A stretch of DNA of 64,000 nt from a virus (Duplodnaviria > Heunggongvirae > Uroviricota > Caudoviricetes > Crassvirales): IMG/VR virus record IMGVR_UViG_3300016480_000004; one strand, written 5' to 3'. Position 1 is the first letter of the stretch; every line of letters starts with the position of its first letter. Below, piece by piece: positions 9,436 to 19,201 of the stretch. The notes under the pieces were generated by a model that did no database searches, was not told the DNA's origin, and worked only from the letters and a program-made list of their open reading frames with translations. The position numbers and the translations under genes were made by a program.

Positions 9436-11544
9436 TTAACAGGGTTTATTCAGGGCACACAATTCACCCTGACAGGGGTAGTTAATTGCCTGTTTCTCAG
9501 ATGCAGATTTCCTTTTGAAGAAATGCTTCACAGGTAATACATAGACATCTGCTATACTTACATAAGCTTCTTTGGGAACTTCCTTCCCTGCATTCTTAGT
9601 AGTATAGGTATAAACACCTACCATTCCCTTGAGACTTTCTCCATCAGCAAACCTCTTATAAATCTGCTGTTTAACAGCTTTAGGAAGTGTCTTGTTCTCC
9701 TTACCTTTGTAGGGCTTATATTCAGCCCAGAACTCTTGAGTAAATCTTCTCTTCATAGACATGAGCATATCATAATCATATATAAGAGCCTTATGTTGTG
9801 TTAATGGATTAAGTATAATAAAACCATTATCCATGACAAACTTCCTCTGTCTATCCTGATAGGTCTTAATACCAATGAAACCCTTCATATAGTTATTATA
9901 TATTCTCTTTGACTCCTGCTCACTTTTACCCGAGTGAGATTTAATTGTGTTCCAGTCTCCACCATAATTGATAGGAAACTCTACCTGAGATTTAACATCA
10001 TTCCTAAGTCCATGAAACTTCTTCTTTATCTGCTCAATAGGGCAATCACCTATAATATCGGGGAAAGCCATCTTTGCAACCAGTGAATGTACATCACCAC
10101 AACCATTATTGAACAATTCAATCATGGCAGGGTCATTAGTTACATCTGCAATAATTCTTGATTCCTGCCCACTATAGTCACAAGAAATCCACTTCATTCC
10201 CTTACTTGCTACAAAGCAAGCCCTTGTCTCTGGGTCTGCTGGAAAGTTCTGAAAATTAAGATATTCAATCTTATTTGCCTTATCCTTACCACCTGAACTG
10301 AGCCTTCCTGTATCTGTTCCAAGCTGATTAAAGTTGGTATGTACTCTACCACTCTTTTCATTTATCTGGTCAATTACACTCTGACCATAGGTAGAAGTGA
10401 CCTTCTTAGCTGCCTTATATTGTAAATAAAGGTAGGCAATAGTGGACTTATCTTGTTGAGGCTCTATTACTTCTGCACCAACACTATCTTTCCATTCACC
10501 TGTCTCCTTATCTTTAGCTAACAAATCAAAACCAAGATGCTTGAATAATGGGATAACCTGTTTAGGGCTATCCCAATTAATCAAACAGATAGGTTTATTA
10601 TTAAAACCACTCCATAAGTCACCTTGAAGGTCTTCCTTTATGTACTTAGTACTCAACCTTGTATCCACAGGCACTTTCCATGCTTCAAAGTACCCTCTTA
10701 TAGGACCTTTAATATCCGCCTCTGGACATCTTTCACCTTGCATCTTGTCTCTGGCTCTCTGCAAATCCTTTGGGTCTGCCCAACCTTCTACTTGTAAATA
10801 GTGGTAGGAATAAGGCTCACCTTTTGAAGCAGCAATTACCCAATCACTAAGAGCATCCTCAAATACTTTGGCATTAAAGTTGTCAAGAATCATCTTGTAT
10901 TTCCATTTCTCAATGTCCAACTTAACACCACAATATTCAGTATAGGCTACCCAATTTACAGACTTATTTTCATAGATGATAGCAGTTTGAAGGTTCCTCT
11001 TTTCAAGTTCCTTCATCTGTTCATCCATGATTCTTTCCAGATACTTTACATCATTTGCACCATACTCAATAACATCTTCTGAAAGACCCGCCCACATCAC
11101 TTTCCCACGAACAGTCTTATCCAATTCAACACCAAGATACCTTTCTCCTGCTGCTTTAAGACCCATTCCGTGAATACCAGAGGGATAACCTAACCACATA
11201 AGTTTCTCTGCCAAGAAGCCATCAAAGCATTCTTTTACAACTATCTTTTGGTGTAACAAAAACTTTAAGTCAAACTTAATATTCCAACCAATAAATAATC
11301 TGTCAGATTCCAAGAACTCTTTAAAGAACCCTATACTTACAGTAGTTATATCAATTACTACTTGAAACTCATAACACCCCAACTGGAGCATTATGAGTTC
11401 TTTTGTATAAGGGTCAAACCCTCTGGTTTCAGTATCTAAGCCAACCTTCTTTAAAGGCTTGAGTTTGTGCAATGCAGCTTGTGGAGATATTATCTCATAC
11501 TTATCAGATTCAGGTAGTATTTGTTGTGTACATACATAAATCAT
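9436..11544 (-). CDS. DNA polymerase, family A (3'-5' exonuclease + polymerase domains)
   Basis: Pol A motifs: DYSGQESRIIA (motif A, DYSQIELR-like), FPINYG, and an N-terminal DEDDy exonuclease region (YGANDVKYL). Confidence 0.85.
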   Translation of the reverse strand: MIYVCTQQILPESDKYEIISPQAALHKLKPLKKVGLDTETRGFDPYTKELIMLQLGCYEFQVVIDITTVSIGFFKEFLESDRLFIGWNIKFDLKFLLHQKIVVKECFDGFLAEKLMWLGYPSGIHGMGLKAAGERYLGVELDKTVRGKVMWAGLSEDVIEYGANDVKYLERIMDEQMKELEKRNLQTAIIYENKSVNWVAYTEYCGVKLDIEKWKYKMILDNFNAKVFEDALSDWVIAASKGEPYSYHYLQVEGWADPKDLQRARDKMQGERCPEADIKGPIRGYFEAWKVPVDTRLSTKYIKEDLQGDLWSGFNNKPICLINWDSPKQVIPLFKHLGFDLLAKDKETGEWKDSVGAEVIEPQQDKSTIAYLYLQYKAAKKVTSTYGQSVIDQINEKSGRVHTNFNQLGTDTGRLSSGGKDKANKIEYLNFQNFPADPETRACFVASKGMKWISCDYSGQESRIIADVTNDPAMIELFNNGCGDVHSLVAKMAFPDIIGDCPIEQIKKKFHGLRNDVKSQVEFPINYGGDWNTIKSHSGKSEQESKRIYNNYMKGFIGIKTYQDRQRKFVMDNGFIILNPLTQHKALIYDYDMLMSMKRRFTQEFWAEYKPYKGKENKTLPKAVKQQIYKRFADGESLKGMVGVYTYTTKNAGKEVPKEAYVSIADVYVLPVKHFFKRKSASEKQAINYPCQGELCALNKPC

Positions 11545-11858
11545 ATATTTACTATTACATCAATCAACTCTTGCTCTTCTTTTAATGGGGCTTCAAAGGT
11601 AATAGCATAACCTACTCCCATTACATGGTCTATAGATTTGACTACTGCCTCAGCTTCTTTAAGATATTCTCCCTCAACTATCATTGGACCACCTGATGGG
11701 TCTATGAACTTTTTCTTCTTATCTGTCAAACCACTCCTCATAGTATATGTGGAAGTCTTCAACATATAAGTGTGTGATTCACTACCATCTAGTTTACCTA
11801 ATCTCCTAAGATAATTGTGTTCTTCTCCTCTTGATTTTAACTCTATTAAGTCTTTCAT
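11541..11858 (-). CDS. Hypothetical protein
   Basis: ORF track. Coupled to the polymerase (4-nt overlap). Confidence 0.45.
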   Translation of the reverse strand: MKDLIELKSRGEEHNYLRRLGKLDGSESHTYMLKTSTYTMRSGLTDKKKKFIDPSGGPMIVEGEYLKEAEAVVKSIDHVMGVGYAITFEAPLKEEQELIDVIVNI

Positions 11859-12370
11859 ATCATTGAATATGCTACTAATTCGTCAAAATTTAGTACATAC
11901 CTATACTTCTGAAAGAAAGTACTACCTAAGATTCCATGTAGGTTAATACCATACTCCTGTTTAATAATTCCAAATGCCTGACTTAAGTCTACTACTTGGA
12001 AATCATCCTCATGGCTTTGACTTCTATAGTCCACATTCATTCTGATATAACCTCTATCCTCTTTAACAGTACCCTCAATCCCCATTCCAAAGCCTGTCTC
12101 TCCAGTCTCTACATAAGATAACCCTTCAAGAGCAGCTTCATTAATTGAAGAATAAGATGCACCAGTATCAAGAAGGAAGTTTAGTTTCTTACCATTGTTC
12201 ATAAATGTGACAATTGGTAATTCAATCAAATCCATAGACTCCCTAAATGAGATTCTCCCTACTTTAGGGTCTATCTTCCTTCTATTCATTATTAGATTAA
12301 CAACTCCAGCAATAATGGCTACACAAGCCAGTACCACTATCATTGCTACAATTTTCCATACAAACTCCAT
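11855..12370 (-). CDS. Membrane-anchored retropepsin-like aspartic protease
   Basis: N-terminal TM helix plus the D-T-G-A active-site motif (LLDTGAS). Confidence 0.55.
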   Translation of the reverse strand: MEFVWKIVAMIVVLACVAIIAGVVNLIMNRRKIDPKVGRISFRESMDLIELPIVTFMNNGKKLNFLLDTGASYSSINEAALEGLSYVETGETGFGMGIEGTVKEDRGYIRMNVDYRSQSHEDDFQVVDLSQAFGIIKQEYGINLHGILGSTFFQKYRYVLNFDELVAYSMI

Positions 12371-12393
12371 GTTTCGTGTTTTTTTTTTAGTGA

Positions 12394-12909
12394 TTACTTT
12401 CCTGTCTGCCCAATACCGCCTCTACTATTTGCTCCAAGGGTTTCTACAGGCTCCAGAAGTAGAGTTGATGTTAATAGCCATTTTAATTTCTGCCATGCAG
12501 TAGCAAATTGAGAAGGCACAACTTCAAATTGACATACCCTTGTTCCTTTAGGAATGGTAATAGTTTTAAATGCAAGTAATTCTACTCTCCATTCATCTTC
12601 ATCACCACTATAGGTATTATCCATAATAGCTGCACTGTTTGCTATTTGCACACTCCATTTAGGCGGAGTACTACTTCTACTCCAAATAGTAGCCCTCATT
12701 CCTTTAGGGAGTTTCATTGCTACTCCCAACTTGAATATACCTAACTCTCCTTTCTTCAAGACTACATCTTCTGCCAAGAATAAATCATAGCAATCTGACA
12801 TACCCTCTCCACTCCTTACAGGAAAACAACCTTTTGTTATTTCTTTTACTTTTATTTTCATTTTATAAACATTTACTATAACCACAATCTTTACAGTGAA
12901 TACAACCAC
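12394..12909 (-). CDS. dut: dUTP pyrophosphatase (trimeric dUTPase)
   Basis: dUTPase motifs RSG...G..IMDNTYSGDEDEW (motif 3-like) and beta-rich ~150-aa core. Confidence 0.7.
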   Translation of the reverse strand: MVVFTVKIVVIVNVYKMKIKVKEITKGCFPVRSGEGMSDCYDLFLAEDVVLKKGELGIFKLGVAMKLPKGMRATIWSRSSTPPKWSVQIANSAAIMDNTYSGDEDEWRVELLAFKTITIPKGTRVCQFEVVPSQFATAWQKLKWLLTSTLLLEPVETLGANSRGGIGQTGK

Positions 12910-15466
12910 CTTCTCTTAATAATGTTCCACCACAATCAGGACATATCTCACCCTTGATTTCTTCATTAGGGATATACTTACTAAGTACTCTACACATGGC
13001 TGAACTGAATGAAGTGATATTGTCATTGACCTTCTTTGCAGTCTTGACTATATACTTAATATCTACCCCATGTCTTAGTAACATAGATGAATACAAAGTA
13101 GCTGCATTCTCTTCAACATTCTCATTAGCTAACTCAAGATTGTCTATATGAAAGACATCTGATGTAAAACTATAGTGCATCTTACTTACTTTAGTTATAA
13201 CACCTTTATGAGTTTTAAAGCTGATGGGATTCCTTGGTCTGAATGCAAAGACTTCATAGGGTTTATCCTCTAACATACCCACCAATATAATAAACTGTTC
13301 CCCTTTTGCCTTAATCAAATAAGTATCAGCTTCAAGTTCTTTAGGTCTTTTAGGAGCTTGTCTTCCTTCAATAGTTTTAGGTTTCTCAACTTGAGTCAAT
13401 ATACCTTCCCTACATCCATCCCTATAAATAGTGATACCTTTCAGTCCTTGTTTCCAAGCCTCAATATAGATGTCAGCAATCTCTTCTTCTGTAGTTTCTT
13501 TAGCCAGATTAACTGTACTACTGATACTATGAGTGATATATTTCTGAACTACTCCTTGGAATTTAACTCTTTGTCTCCAATCAATTTCAGATGCAGTAGA
13601 ACCATAATAAGGACTTTCTTTCCAGACTTCCTTCCATACTCCTAAACCCCATTCATTGATTTCTGACTCACTATAGTTCATAGTTTCTATTGCCCATCTC
13701 TTCAAGTTAGGATGAACTACCGTAAATAAGGTGTACTTTTCACCTACTTTATCTACATAGTCTACTCTATCACTTTCAGACATACACTTCCTCTTTCTTT
13801 GATAGAAAGGCATGAATATAGGCTCAATACCACTGCTTGTACCAGCCATGATACTTACAGTACCTGTAGGAGCTACAGTAGACCAACTTATGTTTCTTCT
13901 ACCATTTCTAATCATCTTAACTATTTGGTCAGGATAATTATCATAGATAAAATTATACCACTCATTATGCCCATTATAAACAGGCATTTCCCCTGTGAGT
14001 TCACATACTTCATCACCTTCAAAGAATAGTTCTTTATGTTTATCCCAAGCAGGAAATGCGCCTCTCTCAATAGCCATATCAATATTACTATCAAGCTGAC
14101 CTTTGAACATAACTTTCATTAATTGTTCAACCTGACTAATACCTTCATCAGAGTCATACTTTAATCCTAACATAGCTATTGCATCAGCAAGACCAGTGAA
14201 ACCTAAACCAGCTCTTCTTCCTTGAATTGCAGTCTCTTTGATTCTACTCCATAGCTTAAATTCAGTATCATCAGTATCATTCTTCACTGTATCAATAATC
14301 CTATCAACAGCTTCAATCTCCAAATCAACTAAATCATCAGCTAATCTCATGGCTTCATAAGAGTGCATATAGAGTAACTCTTCATCAATATGAGCCTTAT
14401 CTGTAAATGGGTTTACAATATAACTTGCCAAGTTGATATGAATCAATCTACAGCTATCAAATGGACCCATTGGTATCTCTCCACAAGGATTGGTTCCAAC
14501 CATTTTGAAGTCAGGATATACACCATCAGGAGAATAGTTGTGCATTGCTCCTTCAAACATAATCCCTGGTTCAGCAGTATTCCAAGCACAGTGCATAAGA
14601 GTATTCCATAATTCTCTTGCTCTCACTTTCTTTATCCAGAACACTTCATTATCCCTTTTATGGTCCTCCAAATAAGTAAGCTTATTGTATTCAATATCAA
14701 GATAGTCTTTAGAGAAATAAGATAATTTTTGATTTATAGGAAACCTTAATAGATAATCCTTATCATTCTCCACAGCTCTCATAAACTCATCAGTAACCTT
14801 CACTGATATATTAGCCCCAGTTACTTTGGTTAAGTCCTGCTTCTTTGTTATAAACTCTTCAATATCTGGGTGATTAATACTCATACTTAGCATAAGAGCA
14901 CCCCTTCTTCCATTCTGAGCCACTTCATTGGTTATATCTGAACATACATCCATGAAAGATGCTGCACCTGTTGAAGACTTTGCTGCATTATTAACCTTAG
15001 CTCCTCTTGGTCTAAGCTGAGATAAATCATAACCCACTCCACCTCTTCTCTTCATAAGTTGAGCTTGCTGGCTTCTTGTCTTCATTATCTCTGCATAACT
15101 ATCTTTAGGACTGCCTATTACAAAGCAATTGCTAAGACTTACTAATGCTCCAGTACCACAACCAGACATAACTGAACCCCCGGGTATAATATACTTGAAG
15201 TCCTTGAATAACTGATAGATAGCTTCTTCATCAAGGTGTGGTCTTTGATAACCATAATTTGATAAGGACAATCTACCTTCCTGACTCCATCTATAGTTCT
15301 CCTCCACTCTTGCAAATTCCTTAGCTAATCTTTTGTGTGTATCATCAGGGGTTTGTTCCCCTTCTGTTGCATACTTATTCCTCCAAGTTGAAGCTGCCAG
15401 TTCATCTCCTTTAAAATATTCTAACTCTGTCATGCTGGTATTAAATTCTTTATTTCCATAATACAA
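12863..15466 (-). CDS. Ribonucleotide reductase, probable class II (NrdJ-like) with C-terminal zinc ribbon
   Basis: Active-site NPCGEI motif and C-terminal CPDCGG...CIHCKDCG zinc ribbon. No nrdB or nrdG partner nearby. Confidence 0.75.
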   Translation of the reverse strand: MYYGNKEFNTSMTELEYFKGDELAASTWRNKYATEGEQTPDDTHKRLAKEFARVEENYRWSQEGRLSLSNYGYQRPHLDEEAIYQLFKDFKYIIPGGSVMSGCGTGALVSLSNCFVIGSPKDSYAEIMKTRSQQAQLMKRRGGVGYDLSQLRPRGAKVNNAAKSSTGAASFMDVCSDITNEVAQNGRRGALMLSMSINHPDIEEFITKKQDLTKVTGANISVKVTDEFMRAVENDKDYLLRFPINQKLSYFSKDYLDIEYNKLTYLEDHKRDNEVFWIKKVRARELWNTLMHCAWNTAEPGIMFEGAMHNYSPDGVYPDFKMVGTNPCGEIPMGPFDSCRLIHINLASYIVNPFTDKAHIDEELLYMHSYEAMRLADDLVDLEIEAVDRIIDTVKNDTDDTEFKLWSRIKETAIQGRRAGLGFTGLADAIAMLGLKYDSDEGISQVEQLMKVMFKGQLDSNIDMAIERGAFPAWDKHKELFFEGDEVCELTGEMPVYNGHNEWYNFIYDNYPDQIVKMIRNGRRNISWSTVAPTGTVSIMAGTSSGIEPIFMPFYQRKRKCMSESDRVDYVDKVGEKYTLFTVVHPNLKRWAIETMNYSESEINEWGLGVWKEVWKESPYYGSTASEIDWRQRVKFQGVVQKYITHSISSTVNLAKETTEEEIADIYIEAWKQGLKGITIYRDGCREGILTQVEKPKTIEGRQAPKRPKELEADTYLIKAKGEQFIILVGMLEDKPYEVFAFRPRNPISFKTHKGVITKVSKMHYSFTSDVFHIDNLELANENVEENAATLYSSMLLRHGVDIKYIVKTAKKVNDNITSFSSAMCRVLSKYIPNEEIKGEICPDCGGTLLREGGCIHCKDCGYSKCL

Positions 15467-16473
15467 TCATTTTCCATTACTTCCTTACTATATTTCAGGT
15501 TAGGATTAGTAAGATAATAATTTAGGTCTGTAAGAATCTTCCTCCAATCCCTGTAAATCTTACCTGTTTCATCCTTTAAATCTACTATACTAAAGTTCCC
15601 ATAGAATTTCCACACAATAGGAGCAATTGTTCTTCTGTTGATAACAATAAATTGATAATGCTGAATCTTGAACTCACTGAAATAAGGGTCCCTCTTGATA
15701 CACTCTTGAAGAATGTATGTATATAGCTTAGCTTGAATATCATATCTCCAATGAGCAAAGGAGTCTTGAAAGTTCTCCTCAGGATACCCAGTAGTCTTTA
15801 AGTCTATTGGATAGATAATCTTATTATGATGGTCCACAATAAGCTCATCAAACATACATCTTACTGGTATTCCATTCCATTCAGCTTTAAATTTCAATTG
15901 AAACACCTTCTCAATATCTGTTCTCCAGGGGTCTATATAAAAGAAGTCCTTGGTTATTGAGTTGGTTCTTAATTCATCAACACAAAGAGACACATCATTA
16001 CAATCCTTTTGAGATAATATGGTCTTGTCTCCTGCCAGTGCAAGTAGTGAGTAATACTCATTGCAGCTCTCTTTTACCTTCTTTATTCTGGTAGCTTTAT
16101 AAGAGTCTCCTGCATAATATCCATTGGCTACAGCCACACTACTAATCACTTCATCATCAATAGTATCTACCCTCCTGTGTGTATCTCCATACTTGGAGAA
16201 TAACACTTTGGTGATACTTATCAGGTTATCTGACAGATTAGGAAACTCACATACAATGAATCTTTCAGCAAAGGCTTGTTCTCCATCAGTAAGCATACAA
16301 TCCACTGCACTACCAAATAATAATGCTGGACTATCTACCTTATCAAAGAGAGAACTGATATTCCTCCATCCTTCCCTTTCAAATCTTGATAATGTAGAGT
16401 AACTGATTGCAGGGTCTTTCCTGTACTCTTCTTCTGTTACATTCCAAGATAGTTCTTTAATACTCTTCACCAT
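15430..16473 (-). CDS. PD-(D/E)XK family nuclease (RecB/Cas4-like exonuclease fold)
   Basis: D...IDLKT (E-x-K) motif. Sits in the replication/recombination block. Confidence 0.5.
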   Translation of the reverse strand: MVKSIKELSWNVTEEEYRKDPAISYSTLSRFEREGWRNISSLFDKVDSPALLFGSAVDCMLTDGEQAFAERFIVCEFPNLSDNLISITKVLFSKYGDTHRRVDTIDDEVISSVAVANGYYAGDSYKATRIKKVKESCNEYYSLLALAGDKTILSQKDCNDVSLCVDELRTNSITKDFFYIDPWRTDIEKVFQLKFKAEWNGIPVRCMFDELIVDHHNKIIYPIDLKTTGYPEENFQDSFAHWRYDIQAKLYTYILQECIKRDPYFSEFKIQHYQFIVINRRTIAPIVWKFYGNFSIVDLKDETGKIYRDWRKILTDLNYYLTNPNLKYSKEVMENDCIMEIKNLIPA

Positions 16474-16759
16474 AGTATTCCTCCTCTATGTCTTCTCCCC
16501 ATTCATTACTGGGAACTTCAAGCTGGGCTAAATACACATCCACCTCAGCCTTTAAATTACTTAACTCTGTCAAGTCCACCTCAAGGTACTCTTGTTTAGG
16601 ATTTTCACTCTTGATATTCTTCCTTGTCTTGAATATTGCTGAATCCACTAAGTCCTTGAGTGACTCAAAATCTCTGCTCTGAATGAACTGTTCACCTAAA
16701 TTTACATCACTCTCGGGTAAACTGCCCAACAATTTCCTCATTCTTTCTATTGGCTTCAT
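16457..16759 (-). CDS. Hypothetical acidic protein
   Basis: ORF track. C-terminal EEEYYGEEY. Confidence 0.4.
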   Translation of the reverse strand: MKPIERMRKLLGSLPESDVNLGEQFIQSRDFESLKDLVDSAIFKTRKNIKSENPKQEYLEVDLTELSNLKAEVDVYLAQLEVPSNEWGEDIEEEYYGEEY

Positions 16760-17186
16760 CTTTAATAATTTGAATAAATTCTAAGAGTTGTTTCTTAGTA
16801 AAGACCTCAAAGATAAGATAATTTTCTTTATCTGGCAAATTCTCTATATGCCATCTAAATAACTTGAACTTATAAGGGAACACATCATTGACCTGTCCTT
16901 TCACTTCAATAATTATCTTTAAGCCTTGGTACTCCATGTAGAAATCTGGGGTATAAGTAATATTAATTAGCTTCTTGAGGTTTAGTATTGTAGCATTAGC
17001 TTTATTACGGGTGTAAAAAGGTACAGTAGGTCTAAATCCTTCCCAGATTGTATAAGTATGGGTTTCATATTCAGGCTCAAACCCATGTTGAAGTAAGGTC
17101 TTATAAGCCATTGCCTCAATTTTTGATTTAAACTTTATGTTACCATACTCTTCTGGAGTGGCATTCCTAATTCTCCTGTTTTCCAC
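16707..17186 (-). CDS. T7 endonuclease I-like Holliday junction resolvase
   Basis: YTPDFYMEYQGLKIIIEVKG matches the T7 gene 3 core YTPDFLLPNGIFVETKG (PD...E-x-K). Confidence 0.65.
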   Translation of the reverse strand: MENRRIRNATPEEYGNIKFKSKIEAMAYKTLLQHGFEPEYETHTYTIWEGFRPTVPFYTRNKANATILNLKKLINITYTPDFYMEYQGLKIIIEVKGQVNDVFPYKFKLFRWHIENLPDKENYLIFEVFTKKQLLEFIQIIKDEANRKNEEIVGQFTRE

Positions 17187-17706
17187 CTCTCTTAAATAAT
17201 TGTTTCATAGGGTCTTTCAAGGTATGCTTAGCTGCAAGAGCATCATCCAATGTCCTGAATGCAGCAAAATTCTTGAAGTTCTTGATTTTATTCAAGTCCT
17301 TGACCTTTATTATCTCTCCACTGAGACAACTAATGACATAAATCTCCTTACTGTTCTCAATATGGTTATCATATTTTTCATCAAGTACAATAGCTATTTC
17401 TCTCAACAGAATTGAGATTACAGCAGCAGGATAGATTGTGTATAGATTACCAAGGTACTTCCTCAGATTATCTACATTCCATTGAATCCTCTTTGCAAGA
17501 TGTTCCAAATAGAAATTAGGGTCTACAGGAGTTCCTTGCTCTTCTACTTCCTTGACTACACCTTTTTCAATAAGGAAGGGAATACTTTCCTCACAGACAG
17601 TTACAGTATAAAATGGTATGAAACCATAAGCACTGTTCATCCCAAGGGCAAGTGTCTTACCCATTTCTATTTCCTTACCAGTTTCCACAAAAATAAGTTT
17701 CTTCAT
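17167..17706 (-). CDS. Hypothetical protein (probable true start at ATG 17706; the ORF-track extension to 17748 reads through an A15 leader)
   Basis: The track ORF begins at TTG. An internal ATG (MKKLIFVETG...) lies directly after A15. Confidence 0.45.
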   Translation of the reverse strand: MKKLIFVETGKEIEMGKTLALGMNSAYGFIPFYTVTVCEESIPFLIEKGVVKEVEEQGTPVDPNFYLEHLAKRIQWNVDNLRKYLGNLYTIYPAAVISILLREIAIVLDEKYDNHIENSKEIYVISCLSGEIIKVKDLNKIKNFKNFAAFRTLDDALAAKHTLKDPMKQLFKRGGKQEN

Positions 17707-17729
17707 ACTTTTTTTTTTTTTTTCGTAAA

Positions 17730-18395
17730 TTAATACTCTGAGAACCAAATAATTGGCTCTCCATATTTTTCTTTAGTTAATTTGCTTACTTCTTGAAATA
17801 CAGTAGATGGCATCCTTTCTTCTTGTCTTGCATAGTATGCAGGATGCTTCTCTTCCAGTATTATATTGGTATCCTTATTGATATAAGGCTTAAGTGTCTT
17901 AGCCTGTTCACCAAATAGAACATATATAATACCAGTCTGCCACTCTGATAGACTCTTTAGTAACTTGGTCATGAAAGGTCTCCACATCATTGTATGGCTA
18001 CCTACCTTATTCATTTCACAAGTCAGTGCAGAATTAATCATTAATACTCCTTGCTTAGCCCAACTCTCTAAAGTGGGGTCAAAGATAATACTATTATGTG
18101 GAACTTCAAAATTAATGCAAGCCTCTTTAACTATTTCAAGAGAAGGAGATAATTTAGTCCCCTCCTTGTTTCCAAACAGGACACCAGTAGCCACATCCTT
18201 TTGTGGATATGGGTCTTGTCCTATCATTACAACTTTAAGGTTGTTGTAAGGGCACAGATTAAAAGCCTTAAATATATCAGGATATGCAGGACAAAGTAAA
18301 TCTCTTTTAATTAAACTTACCTGTCCTACTACCTTATTTAATTCTTTTGTATCTATAACCCTTACCCATCCACCAAAATATTCCTCAAATGTCAT
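17730..18395 (-). CDS. ung: Uracil-DNA glycosylase (family 1-like)
   Basis: GQDPYP (GQDPYH-like water-activating motif) and VLMINSALT. Confidence 0.7.
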   Translation of the reverse strand: MTFEEYFGGWVRVIDTKELNKVVGQVSLIKRDLLCPAYPDIFKAFNLCPYNNLKVVMIGQDPYPQKDVATGVLFGNKEGTKLSPSLEIVKEACINFEVPHNSIIFDPTLESWAKQGVLMINSALTCEMNKVGSHTMMWRPFMTKLLKSLSEWQTGIIYVLFGEQAKTLKPYINKDTNIILEEKHPAYYARQEERMPSTVFQEVSKLTKEKYGEPIIWFSEY

Positions 18396-19201
18396 AATAT
18401 ATAGGTCATTTGTACAACCTCATCAAGGTGCTCCAGAAGGTAATCATTCATAGCCTCATTATTGAATGTAGAAGGAGTGGGTTTTTTAGGTTTTACTATG
18501 AACCTACCAGTTACATCAGCTACTACTATCTCAGGTATAGGCGAGGTATAACCACCAGTAATCCTACCATATTCATTTCTTATAGGTATAGTAATCTCCT
18601 GATAAGTAACTCCTTCAATATTAGCTCTATCTATCCTAATACCCTCCTGTACAAATGCAGGAATGACAGTCTTAATGATACCTTTCTCAACTATACCATT
18701 ACTAACAAAGACCTTTGGATTCACATAGATTCTACCAGTTTTGTAGTGTAGAGTTCTATCTTCCATAACTCCATGAAGTGTGTACAGTATTAATATGTTA
18801 TAATCTTTGTCAAGAATATAACCATTACCACCATAATATACCTCACCAGTATTAGTTGTAATCTTCATAAGCCTATCTCTAGTATCATTCATCAGGAATG
18901 TCTTGAAGATTGCATTTGCGGTTCTTCTTGTCTGAGCATAACTATTCTCAAATAAAGTAACAGCCACTTCCTTTAAACTATTAGGATAATTGTAGTTACT
19001 CAATAATCCTTCCTCAACTCTATATTTGCACATTAGTGGAACATCAATTTCTGGTCCACTAATATCCACTCTTAAAAATAGAGTGAACACATTATTGTTT
19101 TCAAGTACAAGATGGGGTTTAATATAGTCTGGGAATTCAATAGCACCTCTATTAAGAAATATACCATGAAGTTGCCTGTTTAATTGTACACTTATTGCCA
19201 T
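18392..19201 (-). CDS. Hypothetical protein, translationally coupled to the E1-like gene (TAATG overlap)
   Basis: Its ATG overlaps the E1 stop by 1 nt. Beta-rich sequence. Confidence 0.45.
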   Translation of the reverse strand: MAISVQLNRQLHGIFLNRGAIEFPDYIKPHLVLENNNVFTLFLRVDISGPEIDVPLMCKYRVEEGLLSNYNYPNSLKEVAVTLFENSYAQTRRTANAIFKTFLMNDTRDRLMKITTNTGEVYYGGNGYILDKDYNILILYTLHGVMEDRTLHYKTGRIYVNPKVFVSNGIVEKGIIKTVIPAFVQEGIRIDRANIEGVTYQEITIPIRNEYGRITGGYTSPIPEIVVADVTGRFIVKPKKPTPSTFNNEAMNDYLLEHLDEVVQMTYIL

